A stretch of DNA of 64,000 bases, taken from assembly GCF_000181795.1 (NCBI RefSeq), contig NW_003526943.1:3995228-4059227 (forward strand), written 5' to 3'. The position numbers and the translations under genes are program-made. Below the pieces are notes generated by a model. That model made no database searches. It was given only the letters and a program-made list of their open reading frames with translations, and was not told where the DNA came from. Below, piece after piece: positions 38,401 through 52,680 of the stretch. Origin of the DNA: Trichinella spiralis (lineage: Eukaryota). The stretch's first letter is position 1; every line of letters begins with the position of its first letter.

Positions 38401-41400
38401 ACTGGCATGTTCTCTTCAACTGCGAGCTCGATCACGTCATCATCACTACCACAGTGACAACATCGTTTTCGGTTTTTGTCATTTTGTTCAAAATTTACAT
38501 AGACCTGGGTTTGATCGCTGTATTTACCATCGGTCACTTCTACAGTCAATTTGAAAACCTGCCGCTCAGTGTCAGTGTTGTCGCTGAATACAAATTTCCA
38601 CTGGAACCCATCACTCAGATACAGTGAACCGTTGACCATTTTGAAAAGTAGCCATGCATCGGCGTGGTCGGCGTCGACAATGTAATAACGAAGCAACTTA
38701 TTGAACGGCTCCGCGTCGAGATCCACCGCGTCCACTGTGCCAATCAGAGTTCCTCCAACAACCGCGTCAGCGTACGTTAGATTGAACCAATGTTGCTGTC
38801 GGTCGAATCTGGGCATTTGATCGTTGACGTCAAGCAGTCGAATTTCGACCGTCAACGTGCTGTTCAACGACGGTCGACCACCGTCGGCGGCCAAAATCAC
38901 GAGTCGGTGTGTTGCGTGGGTCTCACGGTCCAGCGGACCGGTGGTAGTCAACAGTCCAGAATAGGAGTCAATGTGGAACAGTTGAAGCGACTGCGCTTCA
39001 GAGTCGGCTTGTTGGAAAAGCGAATAATGGACTCGTCCGTTGGCAGCCGTGTCCGGATCGTCAGCTTGCAAGTTAAGCAGAGCGGAGCCTGGCGCCAGGT
39101 CCTCGGGCACAGACAACTGGACTGAGTTTGCCTCAAATATCGGCGCATTGTCGTTGACATCGTCCACAATAACGTTAACCAACGTCATTGAAATCCAGGC
39201 GCTGTGATCAGTCTGCAGCTCGTCGACCAAGGCGACGTAGAAAGAAAACTCGGCCCGCGTCTCGCGGTCCAAAGACTGCGCTACGTAGACAGTGCCATTG
39301 GGCTCGACGCCGATCCATCCAGCAACGGTCTCGTCGGTCGGTGGAACCATTCGCGCCACAGCGCCGGCGTAGGCGCGAAAACGGACCCGACCGAAACGAG
39401 TTCCAACCGGCGCATCTTCTGCCACGTGCAACGAGATCGACTCGGCCCTGGGCTCACGGCTCAACGATGGCAACAATTCTGACCAGATGACCACTTGGAC
39501 GAACGTTTCGTCTTCCAAACTGCCACCGTCGGTAGCTTTGACGGTAAGACGCAAATTTTTCCCACTCAACGCAGTCAACGGTCTGCGAACGCTAAGAACA
39601 CCAGACCTGGGATCGAGTCGGAAATAACTGGCCGCAAGGTCACGAGGCTGACGACCTCTGTTCACCAAACTGTACCGTATCCGAGCTGTGTCCAGCTGGT
39701 CACGATCTCGTGCAAACAGTCGAAGCAACGGTGTACCAACCGTTTCGGACGCGGACACCAGGATCGAAAATTTCGAAGCGACAAACCTCGGCGCGTGGTC
39801 GTTTCGATCTACAATATCCACTTGCACGTGCAAAACGGACACAATTCCCCAACTGTCCAGTCGAGCACCGATTACCAGCTGGTGCCTAGAACGCTGCTCG
39901 TAGTCGAGTTGATCAGCAATGATCAAGTGACCAGTGTCCGGATTGACCATAAATTTGCCCGAACCCAAACCCAAAAGCATCACGTAGTGGACATGATTAT
40001 GACCTGTGGTGGAAGAATCAGCGATGGCAACAGACGTCACGGTAGAACCGATCGGTTCGCTTTCAGAAACAGATATAGAAATGAAGCGTCGTCTAAATCT
40101 AGGCAAACATCTTACTACACTGGATGAAACCGAAGAGCATTTGATCTGACGAACAACGAACTCAGTTCTAGAGCTGAATAGACCGTCGTTGACGAAAGCT
40201 TGCAAACGATATTCTGGCAACCAATTACCAACTTGAAACTGTTGATCCATTGCAGGACCGACCCTGAGTATACCCTGTTCGTGAGCGTTCAAAGTGAACA
40301 ACAATTGTTCCAACTGGCCGGCGGCGTACAATATTCCGTATCGTAGTTTGCCTCGACTTACGGAATCCAGATCCGTAGCCGACAGTTGACCAATCACTTG
40401 ACCGACGGAAAAATTGTCCTCATAAATAGTAAAAGTGTTTTCCGGTGCAAACACTGGTGCGTTGTCGTTCACATCCAACACACTGACTAACACTCGAACC
40501 GTGGACGCTTTGCTCAACGTACCAGAATCACGACATTCCACTTCCAGCAGGTAACTGGAACAACGTTCGAAATCCAACGTATCGGTCAGTTGTATCAAAC
40601 CCGTACTGGAGTGTATTTTAAATTTCGATTTTTCCTTCTCCTCTTCCTGACGTTGAGAATTATCAACACCCAATGATTGAACAGTGATCAATCGAAATGT
40701 CAAAAGAGCATTGTCACCTTGATCAAGATCCGTTGCATGCAACTGTACAACTGGGCAACCAATTGGAGAATCTTCAGGTAACGATGCTGAATACGTGGAC
40801 TGGTTGAACTGTGGCCAGTTGTCGTTGATATCCAAAACTACAACGGTAACTGAAGCAAATTCAGTGACGTTGCGTTCATGGTCAACAGCCTTCAGTCGAA
40901 TGGTGTATTGGTCGATTTGTTCACGATCCAACGGCTTCTGCAAACTCAGCTCACCGGTGACAAAATCCAAAGCGAACTGCTGATTCGGATCGTCTTCTCG
41001 TTGATTCAGCATTGTGTAACCTACAACGCCGGCTCTGGGCGTTGGATGATCGGCCACTACAACCAACGCTTGGTTGAAAAAATTCTCCTCACCTTCGAAA
41101 ATGGACAAACGGAAAGAACTGTTCGAAAACAACCCCAATTCCATATCCGAACTAGCAATAACGATGATCAAGTCCGCCACTGTCGACAGCGACGGCTGAC
41201 CGGCATCGGTGGCTGTAATTCGAAATTTCAAACGCCGGCCAACGTCCGCCGACGTGAACTGCCGTTGCAACAGCAAATCTCCAGTGCTCGAATTCAACGA
41301 AAACGGTGGATCGAACGTCAGACAAGAATAATTCACTCGACCATTGGGACCAATGTCCAAATCTACCGCGCGTACTGTACCAATCAGTTGACCAATATCC

Positions 41401-44400
41401 GTTCGATCGACGGACACTCGAAATTCATAAGGCGCTCCGACGAACACCGGCACGTTGTCGTTTCGGTCGAGCACGTCGACCAGTACCAAGCACTGAGCCA
41501 AAACACGACCTGCGTCTCGCAAACTACTCGCCCGGACAACTACCGGCCATTGGGCACGCGCTTCGCGATCCAACGGCACGCCCGTTGTATACAGAGCGCC
41601 GGTCCGCGGATGGACAGTGAACAGATGACCAACGGTACGGTCGTTCAACACTGAATAGATCACGTCAACTTTTGTTCGTTTGTTCAACACAACCACGTCG
41701 CCGATGTAATCTGATCTGTTTCCATTTTCGAATGCCTGCAGTCGACTTCCAATACATTGAATCGAATCGTCGTCTTGGACGACTAACTCTTGCACTTCCA
41801 CCGTTCGCAAGTCAACATGGGCGTGGTCATCGAACTCACCGTCTGTGACGAGAAAATTCAACTTCATCCTAGCCAATACCAAACTGGCATTCTTCACTGT
41901 CAACCAGCCGGTTTCTGAATCCAAATGGAATGCATCCAGCACAGATCGCTCTTGTCCGGCTTCTTCCATTAGTCGATAGCTCAACGCTGGTCCGTCAGGA
42001 TCGACAGCCCGGACGCGAACCACCGGCACGCCTTCCGCCACTGGCAACACTAGTCGAACTTGCTGACTTTTTGGCTCAAAAACTGGACCACAATCGTTCA
42101 CATTTTCCACTAAAATTTCCACCATCGCCGTATCGGCTGCCAGTGACGAGGAACCAACTGAAATATTGCTTCCATCGATTCGTTCAACCAAAACGTTGAA
42201 CAGCAACAGTTCGGCGCCGTGGTGTTGTTCCCGATCCAGAGGTACCACGGTGGTCAACGTACCAGTTATTGGATCCAATTGGAACAACCGTTTGGCCCAG
42301 TGTTCGATCAGTCGAAACGAACAACTGTCGCAGTTGACTTGCAACAGTGAAGACAAGCGCAGCACATCGGACGATGAAGTGTTGGTACCTTCTGGACGAC
42401 GCAGAGTGACCACAGTGCCGGCAGGTTGATTTTCCAAAATGTGTCCGACAAACTTGTCGGACAAAAATCGTGGTCTAAACTGGTCAAATTTGACATGTCC
42501 AAAATTGTGAAGCCTGTCAATCGCGGCCGCAGCAACTGTCGTCAGTGTTACTTGGGCCGTGTCACTGTGACCGAACAGATTGCTAGCCAAAATGGTCAGC
42601 TTGAACTGTTCGCCAACGTCGACGCTACTGTTGTTGCTGTTGATCAACGGCCGTCGAACGCTCAAGCAACCGGACAATGGATGCAAGGCAAAAAATGGAT
42701 GCTCATCCAAGTGGTAAGTGATGTGGCCCCCACCTTCGGCTTGGACTAGCAGAATTGGGGAACCGACGGTGGCGTCGACGCGCAAACGACCGTGGTACGA
42801 TTTTTGCTCGAATCGAACGTACGCTTCAGAAGCGAGGCTAATTCGAATGGTAACAGACGCCGTGTCGGACAAAAGTCGCTGACCAGCTTTGGTCACTTGG
42901 ATCACGAGAACGTGTTCGGCTGATTCGACCGGCAACGTTCGAGCCACAGTCAACAGTCCGTTGGAAGAGTCAAGATGGAACAGGCGTCGATCGTTGCCGG
43001 ATACAATTGAATAACTGAGCACTGTTCGTGGAGGAGAACGGGAAAGTTCATTTTCTTTCTCCCCTTCATTTTCTACCACTTCCTCTTCTTCTTCTTTTTC
43101 TTCATCATCATCATCATCTTCTTCTTCTTCTTCAGTTTCATATTCATTCATATCGACCGCCACAAGTTGAATAATTTCTGTACCAATAACACTGTTGACT
43201 AACAAGCTGACTTCGTAGTTGGACTTGAGAAATCTGGGTGGCTGCTGGTCACCGCCGAGCACATGCACCTGAACGAGGGCGGACGTTTTCAAGTGGTAAC
43301 TGCGAGCTTCGACCATCATCATCAGCAGTCGGCGTTGTTGTTCGCCACGGTCCAGCAACGGTTCAGCCAGCACCAAAGCACCGCTAACCGCGTCCAGTTG
43401 AAATTTCGCTGGCTTGTCGGCAAAATTACCAACAAGTGAATAAGTGATCGGCTGTTGGATGTTCGGCTTTTCAAAAAAACCCTCTATTGTCAAAACAGTA
43501 CTGCCAACGGTCGTATTTTCTAGCAAGTCGATTCGGTACAGCGGCGTTGGCAATATTGGCCGATAGTACTTGACGCCGGTGGCGTGAAGTTCCACCGAAC
43601 CGACAGTCTGCAATCGACCATCGGTCACTGCGTAGGTGAAATTATAATTCGACAAATTAGACCGATCGACCAAAACCAATTCACCAGTGTCCGGCACAAG
43701 AGTCAACCAGTTAGGTAACGGTTGTTTGGAATAAAACCAAACTTGATCACCGTCCGGATCTTCGGCTTCGAATTGCACAAGTACACGCCCCAGGGGTTCG
43801 TTTTCTACTAGATCTAGTTGTAGGTTGGCATTTGAAAGCAAAACTGGCGCAGCGTTGAGCAAATGATCAGCCGGAGGCACGAAGCGTATCACCACCCTGG
43901 TGCGAGAGCTCAACGGAGGAGAGCCAGAATCTCGAGCTTCAACGTTCAAACTGATCAACTGACCGTACCAGTGCGTCGAGCCAACACGGCTGCAGTAGAT
44001 TTGACCACTGTTCCGATCCAACTGAACTCGACCGTCATCGCCGCCGTTATTACCCTCTTGATGGACAATCGAATAGCTAACTGTACCGTTGAGGCCAGCA
44101 TCAGGGTCGACGGCAAAAATTCGACACAACAACTGCCCAGTTTTAGTGCAAGGCGGAACGTTAAAACTGTACAATTTGCTGCCAAACTGAGGGGCGTGGT
44201 CGTTTTCGTCCAAAACGCGTATCAACACCAACGTTCGACTGGTCAACGCAGGGGAGCCGCCGTCGCGGATCTCGACCTCAAGCTGGTGAACTGAGACCGC
44301 TTCACGGTCGAGCCGCCGGTCGCCGGAGTAGATCAGGCCGGTGTTCGGTTCGATTTGGAACAAACTCTGCGCATTGCCTTCGCGTATGGAATAAGTCAGC

Positions 44401-47400
44401 GTAGGCGAACGGGGTTCGTCGAAGTCGGTGGCGTTCAGCTGCACAATGCTGGTGCCGGGCGGGGAATTTTCCACCACGTCGGCTTCGTAGAGCGGTCGGG
44501 CTGGAACCGGCGCGTTGTCATTCCTATCTTTGACCGCCACGAACACGTCGACCCGCGTCGCCAACGACACCGGTGCCCGGTCCCGCGCCTCGACCGTCAG
44601 CCAATAGTAAGATCTTGTTTCGCGGTCCAGTGGAATACGGCTCACAATCACACCGTCCTGCTCGCCAATAGCGAAATAATGCCAGCCATCACCGCCGACA
44701 ATTGAGTACAATATCGACGGCTTAAGCCAGTCGACCGCGTCGGGGTCTTTCGCCTTCAAGCTGAGCACTACGGTTCCCGGTGGTTCGTTTTCATAAATGT
44801 CGGCATTATAGGCGAACGAATCAAACTGTGGCGCGTAACGGTTCCGATTGACCATGTCGACGTCAACCACAACCGTGCAGGTGGTATTCAACGATGGTCG
44901 ACCAGAATCCCGAACAGATACCAGCAGCCGGTGCTCGACTTGAGCGTGAAAATCCAAACCATCATCTGCCACACGCAAACAGCCAGTTTCTGCATCGATG
45001 GAAAATTTCTGTCCAACTTGTATTTCGAAGCGCAAACGACGATTCACTTCTGTATCGTCCTCGTCGAACGCTTCAACGCAGGTGAGCAGCGCATACGGCG
45101 GAATGTCTTCGCGCACGCTGACCCTCTGCTCGTCAACTACACACTTCGGCGCATTGTCGTTGCAATCTCGCACGGTGATCAATATTCTGGCAAACGAGCT
45201 CAACGGAGGTGAGCCCGAGTCAATCGCCTGCACCAGCAGATCGTACCGACGACGACGTTCACGGTCCAGTTGCCCAATGACAGTCAACAGGCCGTCATGC
45301 GAACCCAAGGCGAACTTATCACCGTTGGTGAGCAGTTTGTAGCGCACACGTCCGTTGGAACCGAGGTCTTGGTCACGAGCTCGAACGGTAAGAATCGGCG
45401 AACTCAGTGCCGCATTCTCGTCCACTTCAGCCTGGTAGAGCAGTCGATCGAATACCGGCCGCTGGTCATTGCTGTCCCCGATGTGAATCAGCAAACTGCT
45501 CAAACTCACCAACGCCTGAGGCCAGTGGCCATCGCTAGCAGCGACAGTCAAATTGTAGCGCGGCACTTGTTCCCGATCCAAAGAACGTTGCACGGTCAAC
45601 TTGCCAGTGTTCGGGTCGATTCTCCAGCGACCGTCTTCATTGCCATCGATTATCGAATAGGTGACCAGACCGTCAGCGCCGACATCCTGATCCACAGCTT
45701 GGAACTGAAACACAGTCAATCCGATGGTCGCATTTTCGAATACGGTCACTTCGGGATAGGGTAGGTGGAGAAATCTGGGCGCCCGTTGGTCGTCAATGCT
45801 GGGCCATTCGACCGGCTCGAAGCTAACCAACTGCCAGGACGAATCGAATCGCAGCAACAAATCGCCAGATCGACTCGGACGCTGACCGTCAGTCACTCGA
45901 ACACGCACTTCAGTCGACTGGTTCGAATTCTTGGAACCCGTCAAACGCAACACGCCGTCCACAGAGCCCAGCTCGAGTCGGCTCCAACGACCGGCGTCCG
46001 TATTCACCAACGAATAAAACAGCGAACGGTTTCCATTTTCATCGCCATCCGACGCCTCGAAATGACAAAGCTGGCCGTCGTTGGCCACATGTGAACACCG
46101 GGGTGGGAGCTGAAAAAGCGGCTTGTGAAAATTACCACCAAAAACGAGTAGTTCGAGTTCGACATCCAGTTTCTGCTTGCAAGTTTTCGACTCGACCGAA
46201 ACGTTGAATCGATACCAACCAGCCGCACTCAAGTGGCGCACCACCAACAAGCCGGTCGACTGTACAATTTCAAAACTTTCCGACGAAGAATCCACACCCT
46301 TGAGCATCTGCCATCGATACTGACCACTGTCGACAAGTGACAGTGGACTGACAAAGCCAACAATGGTTCGATCCGGTGACGTGCCGTCGACTGTAAAATT
46401 CACCTTCTCTGGATGATTGGCAATTGACGGGCAACGCCCACTGTTGACGGTCACCTTGCAATCCGCGCTGACCAGCTCTGAGCCAGAAGAATCGTCAATG
46501 TGCAGTTGAATTGCATAAGAGTCGGACGGTATTTCGGCGACGTTGAGCATCAAGTGGTACAACGAAGCGTTAGCGTCGTCTTGGACGGCAACAAAATACT
46601 CGCTGTAATGACCGGTCAGTCGAATTCGATCGCCAATTTCAAACGACGGTGATCGAGACAAGGTACAAGTGGCGCAGGTTCGCTTCTGCACCACATCGCA
46701 GCCAGAAGCGACCGCCTGGCAAGACAATTGGCACGGCTCCATCGCCGCCGCTGGACGTACGGTGATGTTGACGAGGGCGACGTTGGGTCGGGATGCCGGA
46801 ACCTGGTCGGCAAAAAGCCTCGCCGCCCGGTCCTCGGCGACCACCGTCAGCAGAACACTGCGTCCTGCGAGCGAATGCAACGGACGGACGCTGCTCAGCA
46901 CGCCAGTAACGTGATGGACGGCGAAAAAACTGCTCGCCTCTTTCAAATAATAGTAGACCTCTCCGTTGAGACCCTCGTCGGCGTCGGTCGCGTGAACCTT
47001 GACCACAACTGAAAACGGTTCCAACAGTTCGTCGACCACGGCCGAATAATGATCCGGCTGAAATATCGGTGCCAGATCGTTCTCGTCGATCACTTTGATC
47101 AACAGCCGAGCCGACGTTTCCCGCTTGATCTCGCGCACACTGGCTCGGACGACCAGTTCGAATTGTGCATTCGATTCACGATTCAACGACAAATCCAACA
47201 ACGACTTTGTATGGACACGCAAATAGGCAAAATTGCCAACTACGACACTTTCGGCTTTAAAAAAGCCTTCCGCGTCCCCGGATATGATCCTATAACGGAC
47301 GTGGCCTTTGAGATCCGGAGATAAGTAGATTCCCATTTTGCTAGTGGGCTGCACGTAAACTTTGCGGCGGGTGTTTTCCAATATTGTAGCCACATAAGTG

Positions 47401-47513
47401 GACTGAGTGAATTCAAACGTAACAGCACTAGTGGACGAATTAGAATTGGTCGTCGAAACAACCAAATGGAATGCATGTAGGCAACAAATAACAAAGCCGA
47501 AACTAAGCATCAA
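32447..47513 (-). CDS. Fat-like atypical cadherin (FAT1-3 / Drosophila Fat2 / C. elegans CDH-4 type)
   Basis: Signal peptide; >30 cadherin repeats (LDRE, DxNDNxP, AxDxG); EGF, laminin G and further EGFs; TM segment (FVGIVILLVLLALVASTVVVLC-RRRRRR); cytoplasmic FHWDYSDW (33384-33407), matching the HWDxSDW motif of the FAT1-3/Fat2 group. Giant exon 36864-47513. Confidence 0.95.
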
Positions 47514-50500
47514 CTATAAAAAAATACAAAAAGTATGTATTTTATTAAATATTTACAAGCACATAAAAAATTCTCAATGTGCAACAATTCTCTTTTTTAT
47601 ATAAAACATCCGTTGCTTTAATAAATCAAACGACTTCATCGATTGAAAACAATTTCCTACTATTAATAAGCTGACCCTGGTGGACGTGGAACTAAATCAT
47701 GATAACAATGCTGTGCATGAAGATACAACTTTATTTTCAAAATTCCAACGGTTCTCATGCTACAAAGGAAAAGGAAAATTTTTTTTCTCGAGTTGGTAAG
47801 AAAATTGACAAATACCTTAGTTCAAATTCTATGATAATAATAATAATGATTATTACACTTTGAGTGAAATTGGCAGTCGTGTGAGAGAGAAAAAAACCTT
47901 TTTCACACCAATGTGCACACGTTGAATGCTTCCACTGGGCAGAGATAACCGGGTGATCAAACATTTATTTTCATTTATTCATTTGACAATCAATAGCAGT
48001 GCTGCTCATGCATACATGAACACGGGCACGTTGGAAAAGATATCCGAAGCGTATTTTCAAAGTACGCGCTTTATCAGAAAGTTCACATAACCAACCAACC
48101 AACCAATTATATACAATGAAACCTACATGACTGGAAAAAGTTAATGAAACAACTGTTGAAGAAAATGAAATACTGTCTCACAATTGACAAAAGAGGAGAA
48201 CAAATCCAATATGATGGCCAATGACTGGTCAATTCTAAGTACTTGACTTTTTCCGATCAGAACTTTTGGCCAGCCAAGCGGATGCTTGACATCAAACAAG
48301 CAGGAAATTGGCCATGAAAGAGTCGTGAAAAGCCCACTTGAAAAGCGCATTCGCATAGTAAACAGAAATGGCCACCTGTTCAACTGCAGATATAGATTTT
48401 CATTTCAGCACCACATACATCCACAAACATACACATACATACATATTATACAGATATTTATAGCTCGTGCTGGTACTGTTGTTACTGCTTGCTAAACGAG
48501 AACAGTGCTTTTCAATTTTCACTCAACTGAGATATTTATTCTCAATGAATAAAGGTTTTCGGAAAAAATATGAGCATTAAACAAAATAAAATTAGCTGCA
48601 ATGGTAGTAGAAAAAGTATGAAAAATATTTATATTAGCTTTTAACATCTACCGACCCAGCTATTTCACCAAAGTGTCTACCATCTGTTCAATATGTACGC
48701 ATATACTTAATATAAAAGCAAGATTGATTTTCAAATTAAAGATCTGAACAATATCTAATTAAATCTAAACAACAACAACAAAAATAGCAACATAAAAAAG
48801 AGGAAGAGGAAGGAGAAAAGAAAAAAGTGAAGAATCATTGAAACATTGCTTGAATAATGAACAATTTTGAAAAATCAAAATAATATATTTTGGGTAAAAA
48901 AATAGTTTTTCCCAACAATGGTTCCAATTTATTCGCGACGGGATGCCAGGAAAAAAAGAGGGTCAAACATTCAGAAGATGGCTGGTAACAAAGTCCATCG
49001 TCAAGTATCCCGCGTCATCTGATGAAGAATTAGCACGGCCACTGCAGCTTTGCAAGCAAATTTTCACCGCATTCATCCATTATGAAAAACCTTTATTATT
49101 CGTTCCCCATTTGTCAAACACATCTGTCAGCTTTATTCTCAGTTGCTCTTTTATTTCTCGAACATTCATTTCGACAAAATTGCTTCACTTCACAATTTTA
49201 CACAAAGCAAAAAAAATTTACCCACCACTATTTGAACTTTGCTTTTCGACTGAAACAACAAACAATATTGTTTTTTTATTTTCTGTCTTTTTGTTTCAAA
49301 TAATTTTACCCAATTTTATCATAAAAATGACGATACAACTTTTACAACTGTTCGTTACAATATTGATAAAACCACCACGACAAGTACGTTCGTTCAACTT
49401 GGGCAAACAACGTTTCAGGGGTATTTAAAAAGTTCGTCACCAAATCAAACAACGCTTTCAAATGTCAAATAATCATGATAAACCAGAATCATCTTTACAG
49501 CATATGAGAAAAATTAATTAAATAAAAATACATGTATATCTATATCTACACGTGTACGTTTACAATTTTAAAATCCAACTTTCAACTAAATTGCCCCTCA
49601 TCGAGATGATTAAATAAAAGATTATTATTTTGAAATAAAATTTCATTTCATTTACTTCTTCTCATTTTCATTTCTGTGAAAGCATTTCGCAAAGATTCAA
49701 CAATATATCAGCATAAAACAACTTCTTTTCCCCCCTCCGCTGTGCAATGGCCATTTATTTCATTTCTTTACCAATAATAAAAGACAAAACTGCAAAAATA
49801 ATGTCAAGGTCTGCGCATCCGCTTTCCCACAACGCAAGAATAGGCTAAACTGACAATTATTTCCCACGCTATTCAAAATTCTGCAATCATACCAAAATCG
49901 TAGCTAACTTGGACAAAAACAAACAAATTATCAACACAAATACTTAACATCTGCAGATAAGTGCTTTCCTCTCCATTGATCCATAAATGAATGGACAAAA
50001 AGACAGAACTAAACAGTCCAAAACTATCTGCCTAGTCTACAATTGGAAAACGTACTAATTTGCCGTCGACCACGCCCATTTTGACCACTGCAATTTTAAA
50101 TGTCAACGTCTCGTAAACTGTCCATTTCTTTCTCCATCACTTTTTCCAATCAAAAATAAATAACAACAATGAAAGTAATGTAAACAAATAAACAAACAAA
50201 CAGAAAAAAGAATACAAACTACTGATCAAACCAGCGATTGAATGAATATCCAATCCATCCAATTGGTTCCCTGTGGCCAATTTCCACATACACGGCGTTT
50301 TGCATGCGACTTGCGTGGAAAATTTCAATTCGATCGTGTCGATATTCCCTCGCCACGATGTAAAAGAGAAAAAGAAACAACCAATCGTTAAAGTAGCCTC
50401 TCAAAAGCTAGTGTGTGTTCAGCTATTGATTCTGCACTGACCAATTGGTAATAATTACAAGGAATCGATCAGGGGCCGTTTCCATAGGCCAAAAATAAAA

Positions 50501-50734
50501 TCTGCCCAGCACGGCGACAATTTGACAGCATCAATCGAAACGACCATAGCCGCTTTTTCCAAAACAAGCTTGTCAAATTTGTCACAGCTAAAGGTGACCA
50601 ACTACTACTACTATTGCCACCGTCTGTCCGGAGGGATGGATCAATTCTTCCAAAACCCTATCCCGGCTGAACAGCTATGGGAAATTTCAAAAGTTTGTGG
50701 AAAAATTTGCCTCCAATCCAATCATCCCACAGTT

Positions 50735-50768
50735 CAACAACAACAACAACAACAACAATAGCAACAAG
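50735..50768 (+). repeat. (CAA)n microsatellite
   Basis: Eight tandem CAA units, followed by a degenerate extension. Confidence 0.9.
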
Positions 50769-52680
50769 CGGTCAAAAAGCAACAACTCAATTCTCTCTCC
50801 ACTAGAAAGCATCACAGAAGAAAAAACAACATCATGTATATACGTATATTTTCAATGGCAAATTTTTCGAACAACATTTTCCTCTTTGACAGCATGCCAC
50901 ATGTTGTTATCTTTGTTGCTTTGGAAGAAAAGATATTTATCCAAAAAGAAATATACATACATCCGTCTCACTTTTGAATTAAGAAGCATAAAAAATCTCA
51001 CATGTTAAAAAATCAAAATACACACATATTCATAAGTTTCATTCATTCAATATTCACTATTCAGATTCATAAAGTCAAAAGTATTATCTCAGGTCAAGAA
51101 ATGCTGAACAAACACAACCTTAGAATAATTTGCAAAAGATTAGCATACAATATTTCGATCAGTTTACAAGTTGCTGTTTATAAAATGAAACAAACGCTTT
51201 GTTGAATGCTCGAATGAGATGAAATTCGTTTCCGTGTTAGTCACGTCGAAAAATGCACATAGAAGAAGAGAAAGAGCAAGGTGATCAATCAATTGATGAA
51301 TGAATATTCCCTCTCTTGACCAACTGACCTGATGCTCATTGTCGTCTGCACAAATTGCTTAGTTGTTCAACTGTGAAAGTTATAAACGAAAGTGAAAGTA
51401 TGAAGAAGAAAAAAAAATCGAAAAACTTGCTATTGAAGAACAAGAGTAAATTTTTGTTTGACAAGCTAATTTTGTCCTGCCCAAAGCCTGAACAATTTGA
51501 CAATGGAACGGTGATCAAATTGACACAGCGCAGAATGCAAATAAAAAGCTCAAATAAAGCGGCCGAACATCTGGGATGACACACCTCGAATCAAAAAGCA
51601 AAAACTGATAGCAGCTGTATAATAAAATGTTTCGTAAAGGTTTTGCAAGAAATCATTCGAACAGACGATCAACTACAACTATCTGTTGAAGAAATTATTA
51701 AACAACGATTGATAAGAACAAGAAAACTCTGATACACGACAGAAACTATCAAATGTCAAAATTCCTGCACGTCCACATAGATGTCAATTGGAAATTTCTA
51801 CGCTAAAGCAATAATTTTAACATTAAATTGCACATTTTCAATAAAATAATGACAACAACACTGCCTTACTAAAATTCATCACAGTCAAAACATTAACATA
51901 CATGGTAGAGAATATTTCTTTTCGATTTCTACATTGCAAATAAACATTATTTACATGGTGGACAATTGAAATGAAAAATTTACAATTGTACATTCTATAC
52001 GACTTTTCAACAATTATTCATACATTACAAACAGTTGAAATATTTTCAAATTATGACTATAAAAACGAAAAAAAACAATCACTTACCATTATTATATACT
52101 AAAACGGCAGTTCAAAACGGCAGTGAACTAAAATATTTTTCTAAAAGCGCATCCTATAACCCGTCTAAAATAAGCAATGATTCATTAATAGCATTATGAT
52201 AAATGCATAAAAACGTTTTTAATAGTTAGTTCTCTGCAAACTGAACATAAAATCGAAACACTTGAAAACATTATCCGATAAAACATTACTTAAAAAACAA
52301 AACCATTAGCAGATAAGTAAAAATTCCATTAGAAAATTATAAACATAAACCATTTTCAAATATAATGTCAACTATTACAAAGATAAAATCAAAATTCATA
52401 TTGTCCTTATCTAGACGACTGCCTTTTCCAAATAATAAATCTTTCACTGCTCAATGACTGTACAATAAAATGACAGTAAGTTACGGTAATGCTGAACTTC
52501 AAATTACTGTAAAAAAATGATGAAATATTTCTGCTTAATATTCAATAATCAATAAAACATACATATATATATATATATTTTATAATAAGATACAAATAAT
52601 TAGTTTAAATTACTTTTATGTTTTATTTTGCCATGAATCCTAATTTTTTAATTTTTATTTTTGCAATTCATTTTTTATTA

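Noticed and set aside
36984..47324. Many 60-260 aa plus-strand ORFs
   Set aside because: Expected shadow ORFs opposite a GC-rich cadherin exon.
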